Position numbers and translations under genes: made by a program
Part shown: positions 1 to 10,521 of the stretch, piece by piece
Position numbering within the stretch: position 1 is the stretch's first letter
Layout: each line of letters opens with the position of its first letter
Origin: Andalucia godoyi And28
Taxonomy: Eukaryota > Protista > Jakobida
Direction of reading: 5' to 3'
NCBI GenBank assembly: GCA_009859145.1
Contig: VRVR01000011.1
Location: 206,026 to 270,025 of the forward strand
Length of the DNA stretch: 64,000 nt
Notes under the pieces: model-generated
Databases searched by the model: none
What the model saw: the letters and a program-made list of their open reading frames with translations, nothing else
Told to the model about the DNA's origin: nothing

Positions 1-230
1 CACAAAAAACCATTTGTAGTCGGAACTACAAAAGAGAAAAGGGAGGTTTTTAAGCATCAATGCATCAAGGCTCCAGCGCTCGCTTTATTTTTTTGATGGT
101 TGTTCTTGATTCCGTCTTATTATTTTTCCCCTTGTGCACAGCCTTTTTATGTGTTTGGTTTCTTGGTTTTTTTCTTCTGTTGTTTGTTAATGTGCATATT
201 CTTTGTGGGAGAAACAAGCGTATCATCATC

Positions 231-872
231 ATGGCGTCAACGTTTCTAAAGGTTCGACACTTGTTAAAGTCGCGAACGATTGCGAAGCCGTCGTGGTTTG
301 ATGCTGTGTCGACTGTTCCGCCACCAATTGTTGTTCGCGAGAACCGCGGAAAGCCGCAGCGCATCGAGTTCCCTGAAGACCGCCTTCTTGCGAAGTACTA
401 TTCCCGGAACCCCCGCGCAAAGCTAGAAGCACTTCGATTGTATGGAGGTGGATTTCATGAGTCCACTGCATTCCAGTTTGTCAAGCGCCAGTCCGAGCTT
501 ATTCGAAGCGGTCTTTCAGAGGAAGATGCGTACAATCAGGTGAATGTAGAGACGAACGAAGCACGTCGCAAGAGAGAGTTTGAAGCGGATTTGGCGACCA
601 GACAGGCTGTTGAAATGGGAGCAAGACCACCTGTTTCTCTGCTGGAAATAGTGCAGGCAGAAGAGGAAAGGTATATTCAGATGATGAGAGATAAGAAGGC
701 CCCTGCCCGGCAACAAGCGATGCCTGCAGCAAGCGGTATGCCGGCCGTCAATACCAGTATTGATTTTGAAGAAGACGGCGCGGTGGACAATGCTGCGGAA
801 GGAGAGGACCAGGCTGGAGCAAAGCGACAAGCCAAGTCTGCAACTTCGGTTCGTTCGGCACGTAGAAAATAA
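231..872 (+). CDS. MRPS23: Mitochondrial small-subunit ribosomal protein mS23 (MRPS23/Rsm25-like)
   Basis: ORF from ATG 231 (MASTFLKVRHLLKSRTIAKPSWFDAVSTVPPP...IEFPEDRLLAKYYSRNP...FVKRQSELIRSGLSEEDAY) matches the mS23 pattern KPxW...PP, I.(F/Y)PED.L..xY, F..RQ..L...G.SEE.A. The upstream extension to 60 is T-rich UTR. Confidence 0.75.
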   Translation: MASTFLKVRHLLKSRTIAKPSWFDAVSTVPPPIVVRENRGKPQRIEFPEDRLLAKYYSRNPRAKLEALRLYGGGFHESTAFQFVKRQSELIRSGLSEEDAYNQVNVETNEARRKREFEADLATRQAVEMGARPPVSLLEIVQAEEERYIQMMRDKKAPARQQAMPAASGMPAVNTSIDFEEDGAVDNAAEGEDQAGAKRQAKSATSVRSARRK

Positions 873-877
873 CCAGC

Positions 878-1024
<147 letters not shown>

Positions 1025-1252
1025 GGTATAGTTATGTGTACGCGTGGGCGTGGTGTTGGTTGTTGTCCGAGGAGGAAAGGTTGTCCGAGCTGTTCTTCCT
1101 GTTCTTGTTCATTCTGCCATTTCTCTAGATTGCATGACCCCCGGGTCTTGTTCGTACTGGATAATTCATAAAATGAAGTTGGGGCCCGAGACAAGAACAA
1201 AAAATGAGCCACAGTGGTGCACGGTGATGCAGTGTCTTCACATAAGTTTTAA

Positions 1253-2395
1253 TTATGAGATCCGAGACTGGACATGCTGAATGTACACCAAGTAAAGAGA
1301 GTCTTGTACACTGCTGCTGGACTGGATGGTCTTGACCATGTCAGCAATGAACCGAGCCTTTGGGATGATCCCCGGAACAGAGGGAGCGGCACTCGCAACG
1401 ACAGCTTGACGAAGAGAGAGAGAGCTCAGCAACTCCTCCTCTGAAATGCCTGATAGAGATGGTGCAGACGCAGACGCGGATGCTGTCGACGAAGGAACTG
1501 CCGGGACGGTGGTGACAATATTCGTGTTCGTGGCACTGGTGGGAGGAGCAGAAGAAAAAGAAGACGAGGGAGAGAGTGACAACGACGATGACGATGATGG
1601 TGGCGGCGGCGGTGGTGGTGGTGCAGATACAGGAGGGACAGTTCTCTGGCCTTGCTGTACTTGAGATTTCGATCTAGCTTGTCTGGGTTTCTCAAGAAGG
1701 GCACCTGCGGCTGGTTGCTGGAATAATTGCTGCAGCGCGACGGGCAACGCAGCTCCGGATGCAGACGAACTCGTGCCAGACGATGAACTCAGCAACTGCT
1801 GCTCAATGGAGGACGCAGAAACCTGATCCAAATCGGACAGGTGCTGGTGACTCTTCGCCTTCTTCTCCTTGGACTTTGGCGGGTTTGGGGTTTTCGACAT
1901 CTGCGGGTTACTCGAGATGGCAACCGAGTTCGACGGTGCAGGATTTGAGTGTGACCGCGGTAGTTTGGCGGCGCCGTCGCTGAGCGGCTTCACAAAGCAC
2001 TGTGTAATGCGAGGAAGGATTGTCTGGATGGTATTCAAAAAACCTTGAGACTCCTCTTCTGATTTGAACCATACTCCGAGAATTTCAACGGGAGACAGTT
2101 GCATCTGCACAAACGACTGCCCAAGCGCCTGGCAAACCGCGTTTGGTGGAATCCCTACTTGGAAGTTCGAGAATGACGCACGATTCAGCACAAAAATGTC
2201 AAAGGACGCTTCATCAACGCGAGCAGCAATAAACAAAGGCCCCTCCACACCATCCTGCTCCAATTTTTCCCAGTTCTGCGATTCCGTACAGTATCGGTAA
2301 ACCCCGCAATGCGTCGCTCGATACACGTAGTGGTCAATCGTGGAGTCAATTCTGCGAAGAGAATTCAAATTGATCTTCGTCAACTCGTCTTGCAT
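1253..2395 (-). CDS. DCP1: mRNA decapping activator DCP1 (EVH1 domain, low-complexity linker, C-terminal helical trimerisation-like region)
   Basis: N-terminus INLNSLRRIDSTI...ATHCGVYRY...WEKLEQDGVEGPLFI...IFVLNR...ILGVWF matches the Dcp1 EVH1 consensus. Confidence 0.88.
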   Translation of the reverse strand: MQDELTKINLNSLRRIDSTIDHYVYRATHCGVYRYCTESQNWEKLEQDGVEGPLFIAARVDEASFDIFVLNRASFSNFQVGIPPNAVCQALGQSFVQMQLSPVEILGVWFKSEEESQGFLNTIQTILPRITQCFVKPLSDGAAKLPRSHSNPAPSNSVAISSNPQMSKTPNPPKSKEKKAKSHQHLSDLDQVSASSIEQQLLSSSSGTSSSASGAALPVALQQLFQQPAAGALLEKPRQARSKSQVQQGQRTVPPVSAPPPPPPPPSSSSSLSLSPSSSFSSAPPTSATNTNIVTTVPAVPSSTASASASAPSLSGISEEELLSSLSLRQAVVASAAPSVPGIIPKARFIADMVKTIQSSSSVQDSLYLVYIQHVQSRIS

Positions 2396-3154
2396 CTTAC
2401 TATTATTATTATTATTCCTTCTTCTTCTTCTTCTTTCTTTTTTCTCCCTCCTCTCCCTTCTTTTTGTGGATCTTCAACAGATGTCGTACGGAGATCGAAA
2501 CGCGCGCGGGGCTATAGAGATAAAGAAAAATTGAGAGGGTTTGAAAGAGACCCAGATAACAATTGAAAAGGAAGGATAATGAGAAAAGGAAAGGAACCAG
2601 ATGCAAAGAACCAAAAGGGAAACCCAAAGGAAACTCAAAGGAAACCCAAGAGAATCTTTTTTGCAAGTGTTTGGCTTTTTTTGCTTGATGCTAGATGCTT
2701 GACGCCTCCGTGGGGGCTGTATGCGAGCAGGGTTTAAATTCCGCACGTTCTGCTCGTGTGCCGGTTGTTTGCTCGTCCCGCGTGTCAAAGGTTGGTGAAG
2801 TCATGAAGAGGGTTATCAGCAGAAGCAGCTTGCAGAGTTGATGGCAAATGCCGGAGCAAAACGGGAACCAACTGTTGCTCGTACGGAGAGGGGGGAGGTC
2901 TGTTGAGCAATCACAAGTTCAGGGCTATTTGAGTTCTTGACTGTTGGGAAAGAAACGGATTGAACGGGAAAAAAACAGGATGAAAACGCAAAACAGCAGA
3001 AACTTTTGTTCTCTCTTTGGGGAAAAAGGAAATATTAATCAAAATAACACTTTGCCGTCGGACGCGGGTATAGAGCATAGTATTATCATTATTGTTATTG
3101 TTATTGTTATTGTTGCTGAAGTTCATATAGTTGGTGGATAGAAAGGGTTCACCC

Positions 3155-6100
3155 ATGAATGAAATGTACGGCTCTCCTTTACCGGAACGAGCGCCTTCAC
3201 GACAACAACAGAAGAGGCCTGGGACAGTGCCGAACAGCAGTGCCGAGCTGGTTTCTGTGCATTTTGACGGCAATGCAAGTAATATATCACAGAGAACTTC
3301 CATGAATCTCATTTCCCATGCAGAGCCGACACTCATTGTGTCGTCGGATGGCTCCATCCACATATCTTCGAAAACTGTCATTTCGCTGGTGGATTCGGTA
3401 ATGAAGAGCGTGAAAAGAGAACTGGATGAGCAGAAGACACGATTCTGGACGCAGACACTGAATCGTCCTGAAACGGACACCGCCTCGGATCTTGCCGTAT
3501 CCAGGAGCCTGGTTTCTGTTGACGAGAACAAGGCGGTTTTTGATCCAAACGTTGGAATGGATGAACTTCGGATGGGTGCTGCTGCGGTTCAGCATGTGCG
3601 TGAATATAGACAGCGGCTGGAAGGCTTCCGACACGAGTTTTACACTGTACTTTCGCAGTCATTCTTTACAATGCTTGAAGAGGAAGCTGCCTTTTTCGAG
3701 ACATTGCTTCCGAAAGACCTTGAGCAGCCTCTGTTGCTTCGATCTGGGAAAGAAGTTCTGCAGCAAGGGCAAAAGAGCGCGGTGCGCTACATGATTGCTT
3801 TGAAGCAAGTGGTGGCGGCGAAGCTTGAAGAAGCCAACCGGCAGCAGAAGACGAACGATATTCTGAAAAAGAAACTCGAGCGAAACACCAGGATCATTGA
3901 GAAACTCCGTTCTACCCTAGTCAAGGAAATCGTAGCCCTTAAAAACGAGCTCTTCCGAAAGCAGCGAGAAGGAGAGAATTTTGAACTCGAGATTCTGTCT
4001 TTGTTCGATATGCTTGCATTGTTCGAGCAATCTGACGAGGCGAATCAGAACAATGCGCGCTTGGAGATCATTAAGAAGATCCGAGAAGACCAAGAAAAGC
4101 TCAAGGCGTTGTATGAAGTGCAATATAGGAAGGAAATTGAACGTCGTGATAAGCAAATCAGTAAGGTGACGAAGGATTTTGAGCAGCGCGGGCAGGAAAT
4201 TGCGAGATTGCAGAGTGCCCTGGCGCAAATGACGTCCTTGACGACCTCCATGACCGAAATCACGGACGTTGCAAATGTTCCTAGCGCAATGGCAGCAACA
4301 GTTACTTCTGAAGCAGTTGGATCGGACAGCCCAATTGATGGTGAGCCCCCTGGCGGTTTTTCGTCTTTGGCTGCTGCCGCAGCTGCATTTTCCTCTTCTT
4401 TAAAAAAGCAATCGAGCGATCAATCACCTACCGAGGTCGCAGCGAGCATGGAACACAAGGTTCGTGCTCAGGCGGCTCATTTGCGTGATCTGGAAGCAAA
4501 AGTGCGAAAGTACCAAGAAGATTCCATGAAGAACGATGTTCAGGTGCAGTCTCTTACGCGACAGCTCGAAGAAACGAAAGCTTTGAAGGCAAAGGAGATG
4601 GACGAACTTCGATTGCAAGTAGCCCGTGATACTGCAAAATTGAAGCGCGAAATGGAGAAGAAGGAGTCCGAATTTGCGTTGAAGAAAATTGAGTGGCAGA
4701 AGGACTCCAGGGTGCGCTCCAGCCAAAAGGACGTGCTTTTTGTGAAGGAAAAGGATGACTTGCTCAAGCAAGTAACAAAACTGACGTTGGAAGTTCAGGA
4801 ACTTCGTTCCCGAGTGTATGACAACTCTGATGCCAGCATTCCTGGCGGATCTGTTGTCAGCGTGAAGAACGTTGTGTCTGTGGATATTGATGATGCGCTC
4901 GTTCGCAGCCGTGCTTCGACCCCGAGTCCGGAATCAAAGATGTTTCTGCATTTGGACGGAGGCAATCCTAATAACATGCAGTCCGCTGGTGGGTCGAAGA
5001 CTGAGAAGGATGCAGCAGGAGCTACCTCCAAAAGAGTCTTCAGTGCACTATCCGCGGGGCGAGACGGTGGTGGTTCAGTCGAGAAGCCGGGCGGCGCAGA
5101 CTCATCTCGGTCCTCGAAATCCATTGCTAGTTCGCCTTCCCCAGTGCAGTTTGATTCAAAGAGGGATGAAGAATCTGCTGCTTCGCATGATAAAGGTAAG
5201 AAACTCGCGCAAGGACTCGTGCCGAAGCGGAAGTCCTCGGATCCGACTTCCAGGGCGGATGCCAAGAAGACAACTTCGGAGTCGCTTCCTGGAAGTCGGA
5301 AGCCATCTGCCGATTCAAAAGTTGGCACCTCGGCTCTTGAGTCCTCTGTGTCCGAAGCTCTTGCAGTGAAGATTCGGCAGCAGCAGCAGCGGGAGATGGA
5401 GTATCTCCAAATTGAAGTTTCGAATCTATCGGATCAGCTGAAGTTGTCGCAAGCAATTGAAGCCAATCTCAGTGCCAGCGTGGAGGACCTGACGCACCGC
5501 CTTGCCGAACGCGACTTTGAGGTTTCTCAATTGAAGAAGCTCGGTGCAGTGCCGTTTGCAATGCTGACTACACAGACGGACGTTGCCCGAGGGGACTCCA
5601 ATGCTTCCCTGCTGAGTGCGCTGACGGAGAGTACGAAAACTTCCCCGCAGGCGACGGATCCTCAGCGCCAAGTTCTTCTTTTCGGACCGCTCGTCACGGA
5701 AACTTCTTCTTCTTGCCCGTCACCTCAGCATGTTGATTCTGAGAGTGACGGCCCCGTCGGCCGAGCTTCTGTGGAGCTGAAGATCGTTCCTGAGGATGGC
5801 GAACGGAAATCAGGCTCTCCGTTCACACCACCTCATAGCCACACTGCGGTTGCTGGTGTGTCTCGACCTGTACAAACAGAGACATCCACCTCTCGTCTTG
5901 TGGACAAGTTGGTGCAGACATCGACGAGGATGCGACTGGATCAAAGTGTGCAGGTGGTGTTGTGGGATTCCTTGTCAGCTTCCCAAGCAAAAACATTGGC
6001 GGCAATGGAGGACTTCCGAAACGAGGCTGCAAAGGGCCTGCGCGTTTCGAGAGTCAGCGGAATTCGCGTGAGAGAGACCGATGGCGTTCGAGAATACGTG

Positions 6101-8320
6101 TTTGACTGCCCGCAATGTACGAGGCAAACGCCCGTCCAACTCGACGAAGTCTGGCATCGAAACACTCAAACGGACATTGATGCTGATGGGCTTCGTAATT
6201 TAGTTAACCGGGCGCAATTTGGAAGGACCACCGCGCCTGCTGCGACACAAGGCAAGACGACTGGGAATGCGCGACAAAAGGAACACGAGGTGGAACGCAA
6301 ACGTGACCAGCAACGTCAGCATGAACATGAGCGAGAACGAGAACGAGAGAGAGTGCGAAATGTCAAAGTTGGCCAAGAAGTGCTCCGTGAAATGATTGCG
6401 CTCACTGCAGGTCAACCAAGAGCGCGAAGCCATGAGATCCGTGAGCAAGCTACACGCAGTCCGTCTGTTACGTTTACTGAAAGTTCCTCTGAAATCGAGG
6501 GAGGTACAGACGGAAACATTTCCCCGACAAATAGCTCTGTATCGAATCTCTCTTTGGGACACCACCCTTCAGAGACCATGGACGATGGTGCTCCCACAGA
6601 TGTTCAGGAAGATATTGTGGACTACTCCGATGGCGAGGACCCGTTCGAAATCCCGCAGGGACGTGGATCGATCAGCAATGTTGGCAACATAGGAGATTTG
6701 GGGGAGCCATTGAGCTCGAAAACTGGGATGCATGTTCCGTTGTCTGCTCCCATTCATCGACCTTCCTCGGCGATCGTGATGTCCAGTTACTCTGCAGTTG
6801 CTCGACCATCGTCCGAGACGTTGCATCACCGGTCCGTGGATGCATTGAATCGTCCATCGGAAACCGACATATATGGTTATCGTACTTCGCCGCTCGATTC
6901 TGTCTCCACCAGACCACTGTCGTCTGCTTCCTCCTCGTCTGTGGCACGATCCCTGGCAGCCGCCTCGATGTCTTCGACAGCCGCCCATACGGTGGATCTG
7001 AACAACATGTTCAACTCCGGTCTTGCGGAAGATGAGGGCATGGAGGAACAGAAAGAAGCGTACGAATCCGATCCGTCTCAGCCGTGGAGTGATACAATGC
7101 AAGAAAGGATTTTGCGCCGACTGGCTCCCTCAATAGCGGCAACGACGTCTAAAGTGATGATGCAGGCCGTGGGACTCCAATTGCCACTGGACAAGCTCTC
7201 CGACCCAACAGCTGTCTTGCATTCTCGAAGGAGTTCGCCGGATGAACATCGCCCTCATACGACTCAAAGATCGCAGCGCTCCTCAGCGCGATCGACGATC
7301 CTACAAGCAAAACTAGATGCCGAGGCGGAATCCGGGCTTTCGATCCGTCCCGTGCAACAATTAGCGTCTTCTCTTCTCAGAGATCGTCCTGCAACCTCCG
7401 GTTCTCCGAGTAACTTTGCTTGGATCAAGCAATTTGCCAACGACCATCTCGCTGGCCTGCAACAACAGCAACAGCAACCGCAAGCATCCAATTTGGCGTC
7501 CCCTGCTCATTTTGGATACGCTCCCGGAGGCGCCCCCTCCGGTTCATCCAGTCAGCAGTCCACCTTTTTGCTGCAACAAATGCAGTTCCAACAACAGCAG
7601 CAGCATCAGCAGTATCAACAGCAGTTCTCCCAGCAACGTTCTTCAATGACAACCGTCTCACTGCATGGATCGAGCATGACCGACGATCTTGCGATTGATA
7701 CGCGTCGGACTTCGGCGACCGGCAGCAGTCGTGATGCACAGCAAAGAAAGAAGGGAAGCGCCCGAGACGCATCCGCGGGGGACAGTGGTCAGCTGATTCC
7801 AATGCTACCGAGTATGTCTGCTCGACCATTGCTGGGCGGGACAAAGAAGGCCCCACAGAAGATTGTTCCGGATCCGCTGCTGGATCTTGCGCTGCTTCCG
7901 GATCCAGAGAGCCATTCGCTTGACGTGAAGCATGTACGAGTTCCGTCCTCGCTGCACTCTCGTCTTTGGGATGCCCTGGACCATGCCCAGCAATCCCAGG
8001 ATGTGATGAATGCAGCCAAACGACCAGGCTCCAGAGCTGGAAACGACCGCGTGTTCGATGGCATCCACGGACCGCTTCCGTCTGTTACACCAGAAGATCT
8101 CGTGATCGGAGGCGGCAATGGTCGACGATCCCCATCTCCCACATCTTCTGCTGCTGCTGCTGCGTTTGTATCATCGCCCGCATCTTCTCATTCTGCTGGA
8201 AAGCAACCGAATGAACGCAGTCAGTCTCCTGGTCCGAATGGTGAACGCAAGGTTGTCCGACTGCGGATGGGACGTGCAGGCGTTGATGTCGTCGAGTCAA
8301 GCGAAATTCGACAGTGGTAG
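3155..8320 (+). CDS. Large (~1720 aa) coiled-coil / low-complexity protein of unknown function
   Basis: Uninterrupted 5.2 kb ORF. Heptad-rich N-terminal half, S/Q-rich C-terminal half, a single CPQC motif. First ATG at 3155. Confidence 0.75.
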   Translation: MNEMYGSPLPERAPSRQQQKRPGTVPNSSAELVSVHFDGNASNISQRTSMNLISHAEPTLIVSSDGSIHISSKTVISLVDSVMKSVKRELDEQKTRFWTQTLNRPETDTASDLAVSRSLVSVDENKAVFDPNVGMDELRMGAAAVQHVREYRQRLEGFRHEFYTVLSQSFFTMLEEEAAFFETLLPKDLEQPLLLRSGKEVLQQGQKSAVRYMIALKQVVAAKLEEANRQQKTNDILKKKLERNTRIIEKLRSTLVKEIVALKNELFRKQREGENFELEILSLFDMLALFEQSDEANQNNARLEIIKKIREDQEKLKALYEVQYRKEIERRDKQISKVTKDFEQRGQEIARLQSALAQMTSLTTSMTEITDVANVPSAMAATVTSEAVGSDSPIDGEPPGGFSSLAAAAAAFSSSLKKQSSDQSPTEVAASMEHKVRAQAAHLRDLEAKVRKYQEDSMKNDVQVQSLTRQLEETKALKAKEMDELRLQVARDTAKLKREMEKKESEFALKKIEWQKDSRVRSSQKDVLFVKEKDDLLKQVTKLTLEVQELRSRVYDNSDASIPGGSVVSVKNVVSVDIDDALVRSRASTPSPESKMFLHLDGGNPNNMQSAGGSKTEKDAAGATSKRVFSALSAGRDGGGSVEKPGGADSSRSSKSIASSPSPVQFDSKRDEESAASHDKGKKLAQGLVPKRKSSDPTSRADAKKTTSESLPGSRKPSADSKVGTSALESSVSEALAVKIRQQQQREMEYLQIEVSNLSDQLKLSQAIEANLSASVEDLTHRLAERDFEVSQLKKLGAVPFAMLTTQTDVARGDSNASLLSALTESTKTSPQATDPQRQVLLFGPLVTETSSSCPSPQHVDSESDGPVGRASVELKIVPEDGERKSGSPFTPPHSHTAVAGVSRPVQTETSTSRLVDKLVQTSTRMRLDQSVQVVLWDSLSASQAKTLAAMEDFRNEAAKGLRVSRVSGIRVRETDGVREYVFDCPQCTRQTPVQLDEVWHRNTQTDIDADGLRNLVNRAQFGRTTAPAATQGKTTGNARQKEHEVERKRDQQRQHEHERERERERVRNVKVGQEVLREMIALTAGQPRARSHEIREQATRSPSVTFTESSSEIEGGTDGNISPTNSSVSNLSLGHHPSETMDDGAPTDVQEDIVDYSDGEDPFEIPQGRGSISNVGNIGDLGEPLSSKTGMHVPLSAPIHRPSSAIVMSSYSAVARPSSETLHHRSVDALNRPSETDIYGYRTSPLDSVSTRPLSSASSSSVARSLAAASMSSTAAHTVDLNNMFNSGLAEDEGMEEQKEAYESDPSQPWSDTMQERILRRLAPSIAATTSKVMMQAVGLQLPLDKLSDPTAVLHSRRSSPDEHRPHTTQRSQRSSARSTILQAKLDAEAESGLSIRPVQQLASSLLRDRPATSGSPSNFAWIKQFANDHLAGLQQQQQQPQASNLASPAHFGYAPGGAPSGSSSQQSTFLLQQMQFQQQQQHQQYQQQFSQQRSSMTTVSLHGSSMTDDLAIDTRRTSATGSSRDAQQRKKGSARDASAGDSGQLIPMLPSMSARPLLGGTKKAPQKIVPDPLLDLALLPDPESHSLDVKHVRVPSSLHSRLWDALDHAQQSQDVMNAAKRPGSRAGNDRVFDGIHGPLPSVTPEDLVIGGGNGRRSPSPTSSAAAAAFVSSPASSHSAGKQPNERSQSPGPNGERKVVRLRMGRAGVDVVESSEIRQW

Positions 8321-8716
8321 TCGTTGGTTTGTTGTTTGTTTTTGTTTGGCTTCACTCTGACCTGGTCCGATGGCCTGGGGTACTCTTCAGTAAACGACAT
8401 GATATCCCCTTCCCCTTCCCCTCCTGTACGTACGACCATTTGCTGCAGCAGAAGAAGCGGCGGTGATGGGAATGCTGGGCATTCGACAAAATCGCTGTGC
8501 AAGAAGACTGTAGAGTTTTTTCCCTCGGTTCTAGCAAGTGGAAAAAAAAAAATTGAAAAAATGCAATCATAGGCTTCCTTTTCCAAGACGAACCCCAAAT
8601 TTTCTCACCCCCGGCGCGGATTGACTGTCCGGGTTTTCGGTCTGTGTTTCCCGCAAATTGCTAGACGAAGCAGAGAAGCCTTGATCGTCTAGGTGTTTGT
8701 GATTCCGGTTGGGAAA

Positions 8717-10117
8717 ATGGACGACGACATTGACGTTTATGGCGGCCGGGAGTCGCCGGTAATTTTCTCTTCGGGGGACACTAGATCAAAGACTTCCACA
8801 ACACAGGGCCAGATTGTGAATCACAGTTTTCCTACGCAGTCTTCCGCGGCTTTCATGAATTCCGGTTTTTCAGGTTCGTCAGGGCAAAGGATGCCCTCTA
8901 CACTGCCCAGCACCCCGCAGGCTCCTCTTTTGACTATCCAGCCTCCGTCGGCTCTGATCTCGCGGAATGCTCATGGAGTTCCATTGACAAGCACACCTTC
9001 CTCATCTTCAGCCAACCCATTTTCGAAAACCGTCTTCGAACATAGCATAATTTTATCAGGGGTTGAACAAGTTAAAATCGGTTTGCAAGCGTCGAGAACG
9101 GTGTCTTCGCTGATTGCAGCGTTACCGCTGAGTGCATCCGGCCCATCGAAGAAGTTTGGATCCGCGTGGGTTTTTGAAATTTCTCCTAAATCCTTCCGGT
9201 TGTGGGATGACGATCCATCTTTGCGAGCCCTGGATTCCAGAAGGCATTTGGCTCTGTCGGAAAACGATGTTGCATTGTGTCACGATGCCGAGTCAAACAA
9301 AACTAGAGTCGTCGTCGTGACGGCGGCAATTTCTCTCAATCTGGCTAACATCTCTGGGTCCTCATCGTCGAGTGCAAGCATTCCTTTGGCGTTTTTCTTT
9401 GCAAAATCGTGGACGGTGTGCGGAAGAGTGTTATCAGGGTTGTCCTTCTTGAAAAAGCTGAATGTGGCCCAGGCGAGCCAGTTGACGTTTCATTATTCGG
9501 AGCCGGATGCTGGCTCTTTGGAAGAAAAGGAACGGGTACAGCGATCGGGTCTTGGAGCCGGTAATACGAACACGCCTTCACAGTTTTCTTCGCTCAGCAG
9601 TGCTCGCCTTTCCAGCAGGGATCGAGAAGAGTTTGAAAGCACCTTGGCGAACTTCGACGCGAAGAAGCGAAAAACGGACGGAGTAACACCGAGCTATCAG
9701 TCTGTCATCCCTGCGCTTGTCTTTCACGCGAAACCCGCTTCGCAGAGAGCGACTGTTTCTGGATCGGGTAAGACAGTGATTGTCCGGTACAAGTATGCTG
9801 GAGAGAGCGATTCCGACTATCGCATTTTGAAGCGTGTGGTGCCGCATCACCACACGTCGATCAAAGCTTCCGAGCTTCGTTCGTGGTTGTTTGCAGACTG
9901 TATTTCGGGTGCAATGGTAGACGCGCTTCGTGTCTTTGAATCATGCGAAGATGAGCTGGGGTGGGTGAGGCTCCACGATACAGATAGTATAGAATGCACG
10001 GGATCGCTTGTGAAGGTGCAAGTGTTGCTGGAGAAGTTTGGGTCCCAAGCAACGATGGGTGTATCGGATTCAGCTTCCGCCGCTACGGAAATCGTGGATG
10101 ACGAAAGGAATGGTTAA
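8717..10117 (+). CDS. Hypothetical protein with a degenerate cyclophilin-like central region and a possible ubiquitin-like/DIX-PB1-like C-terminal domain
   Basis: 466 aa ORF. WTVCGRVLSGLSFLKKL resembles the cyclophilin C-terminal (H/Y)TVFGRV..G...V..I motif. Domain calls are tentative. Confidence 0.55.
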   Translation: MDDDIDVYGGRESPVIFSSGDTRSKTSTTQGQIVNHSFPTQSSAAFMNSGFSGSSGQRMPSTLPSTPQAPLLTIQPPSALISRNAHGVPLTSTPSSSSANPFSKTVFEHSIILSGVEQVKIGLQASRTVSSLIAALPLSASGPSKKFGSAWVFEISPKSFRLWDDDPSLRALDSRRHLALSENDVALCHDAESNKTRVVVVTAAISLNLANISGSSSSSASIPLAFFFAKSWTVCGRVLSGLSFLKKLNVAQASQLTFHYSEPDAGSLEEKERVQRSGLGAGNTNTPSQFSSLSSARLSSRDREEFESTLANFDAKKRKTDGVTPSYQSVIPALVFHAKPASQRATVSGSGKTVIVRYKYAGESDSDYRILKRVVPHHHTSIKASELRSWLFADCISGAMVDALRVFESCEDELGWVRLHDTDSIECTGSLVKVQVLLEKFGSQATMGVSDSASAATEIVDDERNG

Positions 10118-10329
10118 ATTCACTGCGCCCTCTGCTCTCTGTGTTCGAATGACACGCTGAGTTTGCAATGCCTCCATTTTCCTTTTCTTCAAATGCTTTG
10201 TACTGTACTGTATGATTGGTTATGATTGGTGTTCTCAACTTAAAATTAGCACATCTGATTGGCACTTATGTATTGTGTATCATTGCTCTTCCTCCTTGGG
10301 GTCAGACAGGTTGAAAGACATGAAAACTC

Positions 10330-10521
10330 CTCTGTTTGCAAAGTGTTTGCATGTCCCGCGTGCAGCTCACTGATTGATCGAGACTGGGGACGGAGCGCGG
10401 AACATTCATCTGAAGAGCGCCGTGAGGCGTGTTGGGGCCTATCCCCTTCCCGGCAACGGGATGCAAGATTGAGTATGCATGTCCGTTCGTAGATATGCAT
10501 GTTCAGTGTATAATGTAGGCG
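10330..10521 (+). mobile_element. Fanzor2/TnpB (IS607-type) C-terminal remnant plus right end (omegaRNA scaffold), copy A
   Basis: KVFACPACSSLIDRDW(+1)DGARNIHLKSAVRRVGAYPLPGNGMQD* is the zinc ribbon plus RuvC-III motif. 10366-10521 is ~89% identical to 59339-59496 by manual alignment and ends in TAATGTAGGCG. Confidence 0.85.
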
